Source: Candidatus Latescibacterota bacterium (GTDB taxonomy: Bacteria > Latescibacterota > UBA2968 > GCA-2709665). From it: a stretch of 64,000 bases of DNA. The position numbers and the translations under genes were made by a program. Positions 48,760 to 60,002 of this stretch are shown piece by piece (within the stretch, counting starts at the first letter, position 1; each line of letters opens with the position of its first letter). The stretch is taken from contig CBDCOX010000002.1 in NCBI GenBank assembly GCA_965219995.1, forward strand, positions 4,512,001 through 4,576,000, read 5' to 3'. The notes under the pieces are model-generated. The model was not told the DNA's origin, did not search any database, and saw nothing but the letters and a program-made list of their open reading frames with translations.

Positions 48760-48913
48760 TAGAAGTCGTCCGAAAGGGCATGAAGACGATGGAACGTCGC
48801 ACCTGCGGTACACCAATGCGGTTGCCGGATTTTCGGGTGCAATTCCACCCGATTCCTGTCCTGGCTCCGAATCGTCGTATCTGAACTGTTAATGCGCATG
48901 GAGGATACGGGCT

Positions 48914-51900
48914 ATGTATGGACGGAAGACCGATCTCACCGCTGCGTTCGTGCTTATTGCGGTTCTCGCGATGGCAGGCGCGGCATTGGCCGGTACGACG
49001 GGGAAGATCGTTGGAAAAGTGACCGACGAGAACGGCGAAGCGCTGCCTGGCGCCAGCGTCGTCATCGAAGGAACACGGATGGGCGCTTCCACGGATGCCG
49101 AAGGATTCTACGTGATTATCTCCGTCGATCCTGCCGTATACAAGATGACGGCGTCCATGGTTGGGTACCATCCGGTAACCCAGGAAAAAATCCAGGTGCG
49201 GTCCGACTTCACCACGACGGTGAACTTTCAGCTTCGCGAGACGGAACTGGAGCTTGAGGAAATGGTCGTGGTCGCTGAAGCCCCTCCCGTGGAGCCCGAT
49301 AAGACGGAGAGTCGCTACGTGGTGACCGCCCAGGATATCGCGCGTACTCCGATCCTTAGAGACGCTTCGGAGTTCGTCGCGCTGGAAGCGGGCGTGGCCG
49401 TGGACGGCAGCGGGGTGATCCGCGGCGGGCAGGTGGAAGACAACCTGATTTACGTTGACGGCGTCCGCCTGCAGAACCAGGACGGACGCGCGGGCCCCAC
49501 GTCCTCGGGCAGGCAGTGGTGGGGCGCCAACGTGAAGGCGCTGCAGGAGGTTTCCGTGATTACGGGCGGGATGAACGCCGAATACGGAAACGCACAGGCC
49601 GGGGTGATTCAGATGGTCACGCGGGACGGCGGATCCAGATACCATGGCGAGGCCGAGTATCGGCTGACGCCGGGCGGCAAGAAGCACTGGGGCGCCAACG
49701 TCTACGATGCGCCCGAACACCGCGGGCACATGCGATGGAACGATCCCGCGTGGACGTCGGAAGTGGATCCGGAGACCGGCGCGCTCGTGCACCAGCGGAC
49801 GAACTACACGGACCAGCGGGGTCACTATTTCGACGCCTATCTCGGCGGACCGCTTCTCCCGGAAACGTCCTTTTTCGTGAGCTCGCGGAACCGGCGGGAT
49901 GCCGCCAGATTTCCGGGTGCGTGGTCCGTGCGGCCGTTCAATACCCGGAACACGGCGAAGCTGACCATCCGGGCGCACGACAACGTCAAGATGCAGATCG
50001 GCTGGCTTTACGACCGCTGGAAGTCCTTCAATAACGGAGCGCTGGGCGGGACGACCCCTTCCGTCAGCAACGTGCTGAGGGGCCCGGGCCGCGACATTTT
50101 CCTTCCCGAAGGGTCGCCTGCGGGGGAGACGATCAACACCGAGAGCGTCCTCTACGGTGTGATCACGCATACGATCAGTCCGCGTACTTTCTACGAATTA
50201 AGGCTCTCGCGGTACCAGAGCGATCAGGACACCAGCGGCGTCTCAAATACGACGGCGGACATCGGAACGGATGCGGACGGCTGGTTCTACACGGGCCGGG
50301 GAAGCGTGCGCGCGTATACTTTCGGACAGCAGACCCGGAGCGCGATCAAATTCGACCTGTCGAGCCAGCTTACGAAAACGCACTTTTCGAAGGTCGGGAT
50401 CGACTTTACGGGCTACAGCAATCATTTCACTCGCGAAGGCAACACACCCGGCGATGCGCGGAAACAGATCCTGTATATCGGCAATCCGGAGCCCGGACAG
50501 CCGATAACGCCGAAGCAGTTCGCGGCCTACGTGCAGGACAAGATGGAGTTCGAGGGCTTCATCGTGAACGCGGGCATCCGCTACGACCGTTTCTGGGGCG
50601 CCGACGTTCCGGTGATGGGTGCGCTGCGGGCGTTTCAGTATACGACGATGTCGCGATATCTCACGGCGCCCAGGTTCCCGATGAAGCCCATTGTCAACTG
50701 GAGCCCGCGGCTGGGTATCTCGCACCCCATTACGTACAGGTCGAGCCTGCATTTCTTCTACGGACATTTCTACCAGTTGCCGAGTTTCTACCAGATGTTC
50801 CACGACCAGTGGTTCGGTTCGGGGGACGGGATACCCGGCATCGGTTTCAGTGAATACACCAGCCACTACCGTCCGGCGCCCACGTCCATCTCGAGGCCGA
50901 TATGGGACAATACGGCGCGGACGATCAGCTTCGAGCTGGGCGCAGACTGGAATTTCATATCCGACTATACGCTCGCGCTTGCAACGTTCTACAAGAGTGC
51001 GTCCTTCCAGGAAACCGGAGGCTGGGACGTATTCCTCTATCCGGAGCTCCGCGGGGCGGGCGTCCGCCTGCGTCAGCGTCTCTCCAGCACCCTGTCAAAC
51101 ATCCGCCTCGAAGACACACGCGGCCTGGAATTCAGCCTTAGGAAGGGCTTCAGCCACCACTTCTCGTTCCGCGCCGCCCTCAACGTGGCCTGGAGCGACT
51201 ACAGTCTCGGCGGCGGCGGTACCGTCAGCAACGGCGCCACCGTGATCCCGGACTCGAACTATATCGCCAGCGGCAATTATTTCTTCGCCTGGGAGGTCGC
51301 GGGCGGGTCGGAACGTCCCGTAAACCTGACCGATGAACAGATCCGGATCATCGGGCACGGAGCCAATGAAGCCATAAGAGCCGCACAGGCGGACCGGCGG
51401 GTCGCCGGGGGCTATGTCTACGACTTTTCAACCAACAGGGACGCCATTGTGCCCACCTGGGAGGAAGACTGGCTTTCGGACGCGGCCCGGGAGGGCGCCC
51501 GCGGCCTGTGGATCGTGCACGGACACAGGGCGAATGAGGGTACGGACGTGGGACGGAGAAGCCAGGGCAGCCTCCAGATGTTCCTGTCCACGCCCCAGGA
51601 TTTCGGGATAGGGCCGAAGATCGGCGGCAGCACGATTCTGGGCGGCGTCAATGCCAACCTGATCTACCGGATCTATACCGGATCGCAGTTCACCTATCTG
51701 GTCCTCGACGGGACGCGCCAGATTGCGAGAGGTCCTTTGCGTACCGTCATGGATCTGAACGTACAGAAACGCTTCGAATTGGGCAGCGCCAGCGCCGACG
51801 TGTTCCTGGAGGTCTTCAATCTGTTCAACCAGAGGGACGCGTCGTCCGCGGGGACCGACTATATGTGGTGGGGGCTGCAGAGGCCCCGTCCGAGCGACGC

Positions 51901-51991
51901 GAACTATCTTCAGTTTGGCGATTTCCAGGACCGCAGCCGGTACGTGGGTGATCCCCGTATCACACACGTGGGCATTCGTATGCGGTTCTGA
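48914..51991 (+). CDS. TonB-dependent receptor with N-terminal carboxypeptidase-regulatory-like domain
   Basis: Signal peptide, GTTGKIVGKVTD..GE.LPGA, IRGG, TGGMNAEYG, YVQDKME, SPRLGISHPI, terminal Phe. Confidence 0.92.
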   Translation: MYGRKTDLTAAFVLIAVLAMAGAALAGTTGKIVGKVTDENGEALPGASVVIEGTRMGASTDAEGFYVIISVDPAVYKMTASMVGYHPVTQEKIQVRSDFTTTVNFQLRETELELEEMVVVAEAPPVEPDKTESRYVVTAQDIARTPILRDASEFVALEAGVAVDGSGVIRGGQVEDNLIYVDGVRLQNQDGRAGPTSSGRQWWGANVKALQEVSVITGGMNAEYGNAQAGVIQMVTRDGGSRYHGEAEYRLTPGGKKHWGANVYDAPEHRGHMRWNDPAWTSEVDPETGALVHQRTNYTDQRGHYFDAYLGGPLLPETSFFVSSRNRRDAARFPGAWSVRPFNTRNTAKLTIRAHDNVKMQIGWLYDRWKSFNNGALGGTTPSVSNVLRGPGRDIFLPEGSPAGETINTESVLYGVITHTISPRTFYELRLSRYQSDQDTSGVSNTTADIGTDADGWFYTGRGSVRAYTFGQQTRSAIKFDLSSQLTKTHFSKVGIDFTGYSNHFTREGNTPGDARKQILYIGNPEPGQPITPKQFAAYVQDKMEFEGFIVNAGIRYDRFWGADVPVMGALRAFQYTTMSRYLTAPRFPMKPIVNWSPRLGISHPITYRSSLHFFYGHFYQLPSFYQMFHDQWFGSGDGIPGIGFSEYTSHYRPAPTSISRPIWDNTARTISFELGADWNFISDYTLALATFYKSASFQETGGWDVFLYPELRGAGVRLRQRLSSTLSNIRLEDTRGLEFSLRKGFSHHFSFRAALNVAWSDYSLGGGGTVSNGATVIPDSNYIASGNYFFAWEVAGGSERPVNLTDEQIRIIGHGANEAIRAAQADRRVAGGYVYDFSTNRDAIVPTWEEDWLSDAAREGARGLWIVHGHRANEGTDVGRRSQGSLQMFLSTPQDFGIGPKIGGSTILGGVNANLIYRIYTGSQFTYLVLDGTRQIARGPLRTVMDLNVQKRFELGSASADVFLEVFNLFNQRDASSAGTDYMWWGLQRPRPSDANYLQFGDFQDRSRYVGDPRITHVGIRMRF

Positions 51992-52050
51992 CAGAGCCGG
52001 GCATGGCGTATACCGGAGTCATGGATGCCGACACGAAGGAGACCTTCGAC

Positions 52051-54357
52051 ATGAGCAAGATTCCCAGGATCGAGGCAATGGCAGCGCTTGTTGCGCTGCT
52101 TTTGTGCGTGCCTGACCCCGCGGCGGCGCAGGAGAACCACAGGTTCCAGACGCGTGCAAAGGTGTGGGATATGTTCTGGAACTACGGGACTCAGGGTGTT
52201 TCCGAAGACCCGGACGCCTGGTTGAGCTATTACCGCCAGATGGGCATGCAATATCCGGGCGTATGGACGCGCCAGTATTCCACGGAATTCCAGGACTACT
52301 GGGGAGAGCGGAGCTGGGGCTCCCTTCATCCCGCCTACGCGGCGTTGTTCGAATCGACGGCCACGATGCCGGGTTTCAGCACGTTCATCGCAACCCGGGT
52401 ACCGGACGACCCGGAGGGCGAATACTACGTGTCGATATCGAAGCCCCGCGCCATTACGGACGACATCAGGATGATGTCCTACGATGCGTCCATGGGGCCG
52501 GAGGCGAATATCGGGTACCCGAACTATTCGCCCGTGGGACCCGCGATGGCCAACTGGTGGCCGGGCGAGTCGCCTGTAGAAAGCCGGTACGTCACCGAGA
52601 TTCACAATTACCGGTACGGCCACTATATGGATCCCGATAAAGACAACTTCCCCGAGAGCCTTCTCATTATGCGGTGGACGACGAAGCGGGGGATCACGGT
52701 AACCAAGAAGGTCTATACCTGGAGTTATCCCGATTACGACGACTTCCAGATCATGGAGTACGAATTCGAGAACACCGGGGACTCGGACGGGGACGGTGCG
52801 GCCGACCTGAACGGCGGTGCAGGGTTTCGGCTGAACGACACGTTTTTCGCCTTCTCGGTCCGATTCTTCATCTCGCAGGCCGGTCACGGATGGATGAACT
52901 ACGATGCGTGGTATCGGCGAACCCGGCCGACGGACAACGACGATTGGTTCAAATTCACCGAGGCGGCCAATTACGACGGACCCGCCGCGGGGTTGGGCAT
53001 GAAAATGTGGTACGCCTACGACGGAGACAATCCACTGGCGCCCGGAGACGACATCGGAAAGCCCTATAACCCGTCCGCGGCGAACCCGGGTTACGCGGGG
53101 CGGCCGTCACAGGTGCGGGTGCCGGGAGAGTTGACGGCCTTTCAGTACACAGGTTTCGCGCCCATCGCGTACCTGCCGTCATCCTCGAACGATCCGGGCA
53201 CGTTTTCCTACGACACGAAGGGAGACAACAGCTACGTCGCCCCCAGGATCGAAGACCAGCCCCATACGGTGAGATGGTGGGAATACCGGAACCGCGGCGA
53301 CTTCGACGAACCGGACCAGGACAATCATTCCTTCCGGGAAATCTACGACCAGCTGATCGGCGCAGAATCCGACATCAAGGACAATCCGCCGGTGGTCGGG
53401 GCGTGGCACGGATCCATCGCGTACGGTCCCTACGACCTGGCGCCCGGCGACAAGGCCAAATTCGTCTTCGTCCTGGCGGCGGCCGCGCCCGTGGAGGAGA
53501 ATATCTGGGGTTGGGCCAAGCAGGGCAAGCAGGCGGAGATGCGTACGGACAAGGCGTTCAACAACCTGGTCAAGCACGTCAACAGGGCCAAAGAGGCGTT
53601 TCAGTGGAACTACGACCTTCCCGACGCGCCGCCCGACGTCAAGGTGGACGTGGGCGTGACCACGGAAGGCTTCATTTCACTGGTATGGGACGACACGGCC
53701 GACGACGCGGCGAACCCCGACTACTCGGGCGCCGAGGCCAACGACGTGCTGGGCTACCGGGTCTACCGGTCTCTCTTCAAGCGCGACGACTGGGAGCTGA
53801 TGGTGGAGATCCCGGTGAAGTCGGACATACACTATAGTGGAGGCAAATACGAATTTATCGACAAGAAATCGATCGCGGGATTCCTTTACGATTACAGTGT
53901 CCGCACGTACAGCGATGCACACAACGACTGGAACGGCACGGGCATCGCTATTCCGTCCCTGGAGAGCGGCAACAGCTCACCGGAGCAGTGGGTGAACGGC
54001 GTCAAGGTCTCTACACCCTATGTTCCGTCCACGGCGCAGTCCGATCAACTGGACAGGAAGGTGATTGTGACCCCGAATCCATACCGGGATGACGGCGCCC
54101 ACGCGTATGAGAACAAGGGTCAGATCCGCTTTCTGAACATACCGCGGAAGTGCCAGATCCGGATATACACGGTAGCGGGGGACCTGATCGCCGAGGTCAA
54201 TCACGACGATCAGGGGCGGGGCGAGACCACGTGGAGCCAGACGACCATCGACAACGTGGGTTCGGCATCGGCGGGCGTGTACTTTTACGTGGTTGAATCA
54301 CTGGTGGACGGGACATCCGGAAGAACCCAGCGTGGAATATTCGTGATCAGCAAATGA
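52051..54357 (+). CDS. Secreted protein with FN3-like domain and T9SS-type/FlgD-Ig C-terminal sorting domain
   Basis: AAGGAG RBS, signal peptide; PDAPP..LVWD..GYRVYRS; VTPNPY..IRF.NIP....IRIYT.AGDLI..W..ASAGVYFYVVE..FVISK. Confidence 0.8.
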   Translation: MSKIPRIEAMAALVALLLCVPDPAAAQENHRFQTRAKVWDMFWNYGTQGVSEDPDAWLSYYRQMGMQYPGVWTRQYSTEFQDYWGERSWGSLHPAYAALFESTATMPGFSTFIATRVPDDPEGEYYVSISKPRAITDDIRMMSYDASMGPEANIGYPNYSPVGPAMANWWPGESPVESRYVTEIHNYRYGHYMDPDKDNFPESLLIMRWTTKRGITVTKKVYTWSYPDYDDFQIMEYEFENTGDSDGDGAADLNGGAGFRLNDTFFAFSVRFFISQAGHGWMNYDAWYRRTRPTDNDDWFKFTEAANYDGPAAGLGMKMWYAYDGDNPLAPGDDIGKPYNPSAANPGYAGRPSQVRVPGELTAFQYTGFAPIAYLPSSSNDPGTFSYDTKGDNSYVAPRIEDQPHTVRWWEYRNRGDFDEPDQDNHSFREIYDQLIGAESDIKDNPPVVGAWHGSIAYGPYDLAPGDKAKFVFVLAAAAPVEENIWGWAKQGKQAEMRTDKAFNNLVKHVNRAKEAFQWNYDLPDAPPDVKVDVGVTTEGFISLVWDDTADDAANPDYSGAEANDVLGYRVYRSLFKRDDWELMVEIPVKSDIHYSGGKYEFIDKKSIAGFLYDYSVRTYSDAHNDWNGTGIAIPSLESGNSSPEQWVNGVKVSTPYVPSTAQSDQLDRKVIVTPNPYRDDGAHAYENKGQIRFLNIPRKCQIRIYTVAGDLIAEVNHDDQGRGETTWSQTTIDNVGSASAGVYFYVVESLVDGTSGRTQRGIFVISK

Positions 54358-54439
54358 GACGGCCGAATTGCCGAGTCAGGGAATCCCGGTTCGCCTTCTC
54401 GTGGAACCCCTCAATCGAAACGGAGAAGGAACAAACCTT

Positions 54440-55393
54440 ATGAAACGGATCTTGTGGATTGGAATCGTGGCGAGCGCAGGATACGCGATGCTGTTTCCCG
54501 GGGTCGCCCGGTGCGACACGCAGAAGCGCCTCGGCCAGGCGGTATTCTCCGTGCACAAGGTGGACCATGGGGCGCGCGTCGCGGGCATGGGCGGGGCGTT
54601 TACGGCCATCGCGGACGACATCAGCACCATCTTCGTGAACCCGGCCGGACTCACCTATATCGAGGAGATGGAGTATACCCTTTCGTACACCCGCTGGCTC
54701 GTCGATACCCGATTTTATTCGGGCGCGTTCGCCTACAATACGGCACGCGGCGTGGTCGGGTTGTCCGTCATGGCATTCTCGGTTCCGGACGTGGAAGAGA
54801 CAACCATCTACCAGCCCATCGGGACCGGCAGGATGCTGGAGATCGGCGATTTCAGCATCGGCGGCTCCTACGCGACGAAATTGACAGACAAGCTCTCGTT
54901 CGGATTTCAGGTACGGTGGACCCAGGAAACCATCGACGTGGACAAGTTGACCGGCGTGGACTTCAATTTCGGCACGACGTTCAATACGGGTTTCAGAAGC
55001 CTCCGCCTGGGGATGGCGTTCAAGAACCTGGGCAGAGACATCGAATCCAGGGAACTCAATTATCAGATGCCTGTCGCGTTCGACTTCGGTTTCGCGGCGG
55101 AAGTCTTCGGTGAAAAGGGCAGCGACCCCACGTACCTGACGGTGACCGGCGAAAGTCACTATGCAACGGATTACTCCGAGCCGCGATATCGCATTGGCGG
55201 CGAACTCTGGCTGCAAAACGCATTCGCTTTGCGCGGCGGCGTCAAGCCCGGGTACGATACGGAGGTGTACAGTCTGGGTCTGGGATTGAAGGTCAAGCCC
55301 GTCGAAGGCAAGGTCGTGCGCGTGGACTTCGCGTACAGCGACGGGAACGACTTCGAACCGCCGCTTCGTTTCAGCCTGAGCGGATCCTTCTGA
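54440..55393 (+). CDS. PorV/PorQ family outer-membrane protein
   Basis: GARVAGMGGAFTAIADD...FVNPAGL, W..D, DFSIG.SYA, LRGG, VDFAY, terminal Phe. Confidence 0.88.
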   Translation: MKRILWIGIVASAGYAMLFPGVARCDTQKRLGQAVFSVHKVDHGARVAGMGGAFTAIADDISTIFVNPAGLTYIEEMEYTLSYTRWLVDTRFYSGAFAYNTARGVVGLSVMAFSVPDVEETTIYQPIGTGRMLEIGDFSIGGSYATKLTDKLSFGFQVRWTQETIDVDKLTGVDFNFGTTFNTGFRSLRLGMAFKNLGRDIESRELNYQMPVAFDFGFAAEVFGEKGSDPTYLTVTGESHYATDYSEPRYRIGGELWLQNAFALRGGVKPGYDTEVYSLGLGLKVKPVEGKVVRVDFAYSDGNDFEPPLRFSLSGSF

Positions 55394-55441
55394 CGCAGGT
55401 TCGATCCGCCGTTGGCTAGCAGGACAATCGCCAGAAGAATG

Positions 55442-55472
55442 AACACCCCGGTTTTGCCGGGGTGTTTTTTTT
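55442..55472 (+). terminator. Intrinsic terminator after the PorV-family gene
   Basis: AACACCCCGG-TTTTG-CCGGGGTGTT then T-tract. Confidence 0.8.
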
Positions 55473-55869
55473 ATTGTTGGTAGCCCGGTCGACCGCCAAT
55501 CCAACTGCGGGCCGTGCATACCGAAGGGCGCGACCGATCGCGCTTTTTTGTTGCGAAACGCGCCGATTTTCAACAAAAAATCATCGAAAACAGGCAAAAC
55601 ATCAGCGCGAGTTCAACAGGAAACCCTTATCTTTACCTACGCGGGTGAATTCCTGGATCGAATCGTGAGCCGCTCGCGCATCACCTGTCCGCCACGACAT
55701 CATCCTTTCGTTGCCGGTAGATTCCAAACCCGCGCGTTTCGAGGTCGACCGGCATGGTGGATCACCATCCGCAGGGCAGCGGCTCTTGTCCTGCTCTCTT
55801 GCCCGAAAGAGAGCAACCAGCGACCGGAACTCTAACGGGGATTGTCTCTACACGGAGGGTAGACAGTCA

Positions 55870-57725
55870 TGATGAACACTCGAACATTGCCCGTTTCGGC
55901 ATCCATGATTTCCGTATCCTGCCTGCTCGCGCTGGCCTTCGTTTGTGCCAACCCGCCCCCCGCACTGGCAGCGTGTCCACTTCCTCCCGGCGTGACGCCT
56001 CCTGACGACCTCGCCGTGACGGCGCAACAGGTGGAAGACGGCAGTGCGAGCCTGGGCGAATTCGCGCTGGCCGCGAGAGACTTCCTCAGGAGCGAGTCCC
56101 GGGGACAAACGTCTCTCGAACGAGCGGCATACATCGGGTGTCTCACAAGGCAGGACGATGGAATCTGGCGTTCCGGTTCCATGTACATCGTGAGCCTGAC
56201 GCCCGACGGAAGGGTGTTCATTCACGCGAAGGACATGGCATTGTCGGGCAGGCTGCTCAATCCCGTGATTTATGGAGCGATCCTTTCCGGGCTGGGTGTG
56301 TCCATGAGCGATCTGGCCGATCTGTTATCTCCCGATCCTGCCGTTGCCGCACGGGCGTTCGGCGCCGTCATAAGCACATTGACTCAGGAACCGGCCGGCG
56401 CATTCGATGCGACCGCCCCAATCCCAGGTCTGTCACCAGGCATACCAGGCGCCTCCGGCTATGCCAGCGTCTACTTCTCACTCGGTTTTCAGAGCCCGAT
56501 CCTGCTGCTGGCCGGGTTCGATCTCAATGAAACTCACGTGGTCGAAGAAGACATCGATTACGGCGACCCGTCGGTTACTGCCAGGGACGTCGTCGACCGT
56601 GAAACCTTGAAGGCCTTCGTCACGCAAGCGATGATTCACTTTCGCGCAGCCTATGAAATTGGAGGGTTAAGCGCGATCTCGAAGATCAGGACAGCCTTTC
56701 GGGATCCGAACGGGCCATGGAGACATGATTCGGTGTACCTATACATCCTGGATCGTACCAGCAGAACGATTCTACTTCACGGCGCGTTTCCGAATAGATT
56801 CGAGCTTCAACCTCTGATTGCGACTGTCCGAGATGTGGTGAGCGGACATCTCGTTCTGCCGCAGGTCGTCAATGCGGCGGCCAGCAGCCCGGAAGGCGGC
56901 TTCGTGGAGTATTACTTTGACGACCCCGCTGACGACTCCGACAGAGCCGACGTCCCCAAGGTGGGATACGCCCGCGAGTTCACCGGTGAAATCCGAAGGC
57001 CGGACGGAAGCGTCGTCACAACCCACTACGTCATCGGGTCGGGTTATTATGGGCGCGCGGCCGATGTAGGGACGGGACCTGGTACGGTCGTGGAGGCCAC
57101 GGTCGTGGGCGAAGCGGTCGAGGGGTTGGACGTGGCGTTTTCCCGCGCCGTCTCCGGCCGGCAGTCCGACTACGCGTGGCGCGCCGTCACGGATCCAGCC
57201 GGGCTACTGACTCTGACGATTTCCAACGCGGACGGCGTGAGCGGTTACTATCGGGCCCGGGCGACCAACGCCGATGGCGAGGTCGTGGGCAGCTGGAGCA
57301 GCATTCCGCTGAATGAAGGCCGCCGCCAGGTCCTGGAACTCACGCTGGGCGGCGGTGTGAGGGTTGTACGGGTCGCATCGCTGGCCGCGGCGGAGGCGGT
57401 CGCGGTGGCTGCCGCCAAGCCGGCATTCGCGGCAGAGGCTGCGCCGGAAGCCAGCGGTCTGTCGCCCAATGTGCCGAACCCATTCAACAGCGCCACGCTG
57501 ATCACCTACCACCTGTCCAGCGCGGGTCCTGTGAAGCTGGTGATCTACAACGTGCTGGGCCAACCCGTACGGACGCTGGTGGATGAGTCCAGTGGGGCGG
57601 GCACGTATCAGGTCCGGTGGGATGCGCGCGACGGGGGTGGCGTCTTGCTTTCGACGGGGATCTACATCGCACGACTGAGCTATCCTGGCGGGGTGCAGAC
57701 GCAACGGTTGCTCTACCTCAAGTAG
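55870..57725 (+). CDS. Secreted tandem Cache-domain protein with T9SS-type sorting domain, paralog 1 (ORF track 55869..57725)
   Basis: Signal peptide; FRDPNGPW..YLYILD..LHG..RD..G..GGFVEY.FDDP..KVGY..VIGSGYY (sCache_2-like) plus a diverged first Cache; PNPFNS..IYNVLGQ.VRTL..WDARD..GIY..LLYLK. Confidence 0.75.
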
Positions 57726-57760
57726 CGCCCGCCGAACGGCAGGGCAGGACGCGTTCGACT

Positions 57761-57832
57761 GAGAACCCGTCTGAAAACACCTGTTAGGCCTTGAGCACGA
57801 GGTTTACGGGGTCTTCGGACGGGTTCTTTTTT
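57761..57832 (+). terminator. Long conserved 3' hairpin/terminator, copy 1
   Basis: GAGAACCCGTCTGAA...TTCGGACGGGTTCT then T-tract. Confidence 0.7.
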
Positions 57833-57956
57833 GATTCCCCAAATGCCTCCGTAGGTCTGGAACATAAATTGGGCAACACTCATTTGACAGGTTAAAGAAA
57901 ACACCGCTCGAATTGCATGCAATAACGGGTATGGGATTCTCGACAGAAATTTTTCT

Positions 57957-58090
57957 TTGCATAACCGGTGGATTTTAATTAATATCCCCGATTGAATGAT
58001 CGGTCGTTCGCGATGGACCGATGTCTCAGTGAGAGGGCGACCAGCCGCGGTCGCTCTTGCGACCTTGTCTTTTCGGAAAGGAGAACCGTG
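57957..58090 (+). promoter_or_regulatory. Promoter and structured leader of Cache paralog 2
   Basis: TTGCAT-N17-TAATAT then three hairpins; homologous to 60003-60136. Confidence 0.55.
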
Positions 58091-59899
58091 ATGGTGAGAG
58101 CTCGAACATTGTCCACTCCGGTACGGATGGTCCCAGTAGCCGGGCTTCTCATACTGGCCGCCGTCCTTGCCAACGCGCATCCCGCCCTCGCGCAGTCGGA
58201 TGAAGCCTGCCCGCTTCCTCCAGGCGTGACGCTTCCACCCGCGCCGCAAGTGACGGCGCAACAGGTGGAAGACGGCAGCGCCACCTTGAGTGAATTCGGG
58301 TTGGAAGCGAGAAACCGTTTCAGTCGAGGGACGGATTCTCGTGAGCTGCAGCTGTACGTCGGTTGTGTCATGAGGAGTGACGGGAGCGAGTTGCACTCAG
58401 GTTCCACCTATCTTGTACAATTGACGCCCGATGGAAGGGTGTTTATTCACGCGAAGAATATGGCGCTGTCGGGCAGGTTGCTCAATCGCTTGATTTATGG
58501 CGCGATTCTTCAAGCATTGGAAATCAACGTGGCGGGCTTGCAGGATGATCCTGCCGCGGTAACGGCTGCTTTCATCGAGGCTGCAGGCAGGGATGGGGGC
58601 GAGTTCGATTTACCAGTAATCCCCGGGGCTTCTGGATACGCTGCTGTTTATTTTTCGAGAAATTTCAGATTCCCAATTGTTTTGCTTGCCGGGTTCGACC
58701 TCAACGAATCTCACCTGGCCGAAGAAGAAATCGATTATGGTATGCCCGCCGTCACCGCCGCGGACGTGGTGGACAGGGAAACTCTAAAGGCTTTTGTTAC
58801 GCAAGCAGGGGAGGCCTTTCTCGATCAGCAGAAGGGCGGCGACCTGTCCGCGACCTCGAAGGCCAGGGTGGCCTTGAGAGACCCGAACGGGCCCTGGAGG
58901 CACGGTTCCGTCTACCTTTACGTTCTGGATCTCACGTCGAACATCGTCCTGTTTCACGGTGCGAATCCGGATTTACTCGAACTGCGGCCTCTGGTAGGGA
59001 TTACACGGGACGGCGTTACCGGAGAGCTCATTCTGCCGCAGGTCCTCGAGGCGGCGAAGAGTAGCCCGGAAGGGGGTTTCGTGGAGTACTTCTACGACGA
59101 TCCCAATGACGACACGGACAGCGCCGACGTCCCCAAGGTTGGTTACGCCCGTCAGTTTACCGGTGAACGGCAGCGAGAAGACGGTACCGTGCTTCCCATC
59201 AATTTTGTCGTTGGGTCCGGTTTTTATATGCGTGCGCCTGATATCGCCGCGACGGGTCCTCGTACCGTCGTGGCGGCCAAGATCCTGGGCGACGGCGTCG
59301 GCGGGTTGGACGTCGAGTTTTCCCGGGCGATTGCCGGCCGCCCGTCCAGCTACGAATGGAGCGCCGTCACCAATGCCAATGGCGTATTTACCCTGACCAT
59401 CTCCAGCCCGGACGGGGTGAGCGGCTACTACCGGGCCCGCGCCCGAAACGCCGCCGGCGACGTCGTGGGCCAGTGGCACAGCATTCCTCTCAATCGCAAT
59501 CAACGCCAGATCCTGGAACTGACGCTGGGGGGCGGAATGACGGTCGTACGGGTTGAACCTCTGGCCGCCGGCAAGCTGGCGATCACGGCTGAGCCCGTGG
59601 CGACGCCCGAGACTGAAGTCGTACTCAGCGGTCTGGCGCCCAATTCGCCCAATCCGTTCAACAGCGCCACGGTGATCACCTACCACCTGGCCGTACCCGG
59701 TCCTGTGCAACTGGTGATCTACAACGTGCTGGGCCAGCCGGTACGCACCCTGGTGGATGCGTCCCAGGCCGGCGGCGCCTACCAGGTTCGGTGGGATGCG
59801 CGCGACGGGGGTGGCGTGTTGCTGTCGACGGGGGTCTATATCGCAAGGTTGAGTTATCCTGGTGGTGTGCAGACGCAGCGACTGCTCTACCTCAAGTAG
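58091..59899 (+). CDS. Secreted tandem Cache-domain protein with T9SS-type sorting domain, paralog 2
   Basis: Same architecture as paralog 1; AAGGAG RBS before ATG 58091. Confidence 0.75.
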   Translation: MVRARTLSTPVRMVPVAGLLILAAVLANAHPALAQSDEACPLPPGVTLPPAPQVTAQQVEDGSATLSEFGLEARNRFSRGTDSRELQLYVGCVMRSDGSELHSGSTYLVQLTPDGRVFIHAKNMALSGRLLNRLIYGAILQALEINVAGLQDDPAAVTAAFIEAAGRDGGEFDLPVIPGASGYAAVYFSRNFRFPIVLLAGFDLNESHLAEEEIDYGMPAVTAADVVDRETLKAFVTQAGEAFLDQQKGGDLSATSKARVALRDPNGPWRHGSVYLYVLDLTSNIVLFHGANPDLLELRPLVGITRDGVTGELILPQVLEAAKSSPEGGFVEYFYDDPNDDTDSADVPKVGYARQFTGERQREDGTVLPINFVVGSGFYMRAPDIAATGPRTVVAAKILGDGVGGLDVEFSRAIAGRPSSYEWSAVTNANGVFTLTISSPDGVSGYYRARARNAAGDVVGQWHSIPLNRNQRQILELTLGGGMTVVRVEPLAAGKLAITAEPVATPETEVVLSGLAPNSPNPFNSATVITYHLAVPGPVQLVIYNVLGQPVRTLVDASQAGGAYQVRWDARDGGGVLLSTGVYIARLSYPGGVQTQRLLYLK

Positions 59900-59930
59900 C
59901 CCCGAAAGGTCAGTCAGGAAGCCTCAATTC

Positions 59931-60000
59931 GAAAACCCGTCCGGAAACTCCTGAAGAGCCTCTGTCACTGGGCTTACGGCGTTTTCGGACGGTTTTTTTT
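59931..60000 (+). terminator. Long conserved 3' hairpin/terminator, copy 2
   Basis: GAAAACCCGTCCGGAAAC...GTTTTCGGACGG then T8. Confidence 0.7.
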
Positions 60001-60002
60001 AT

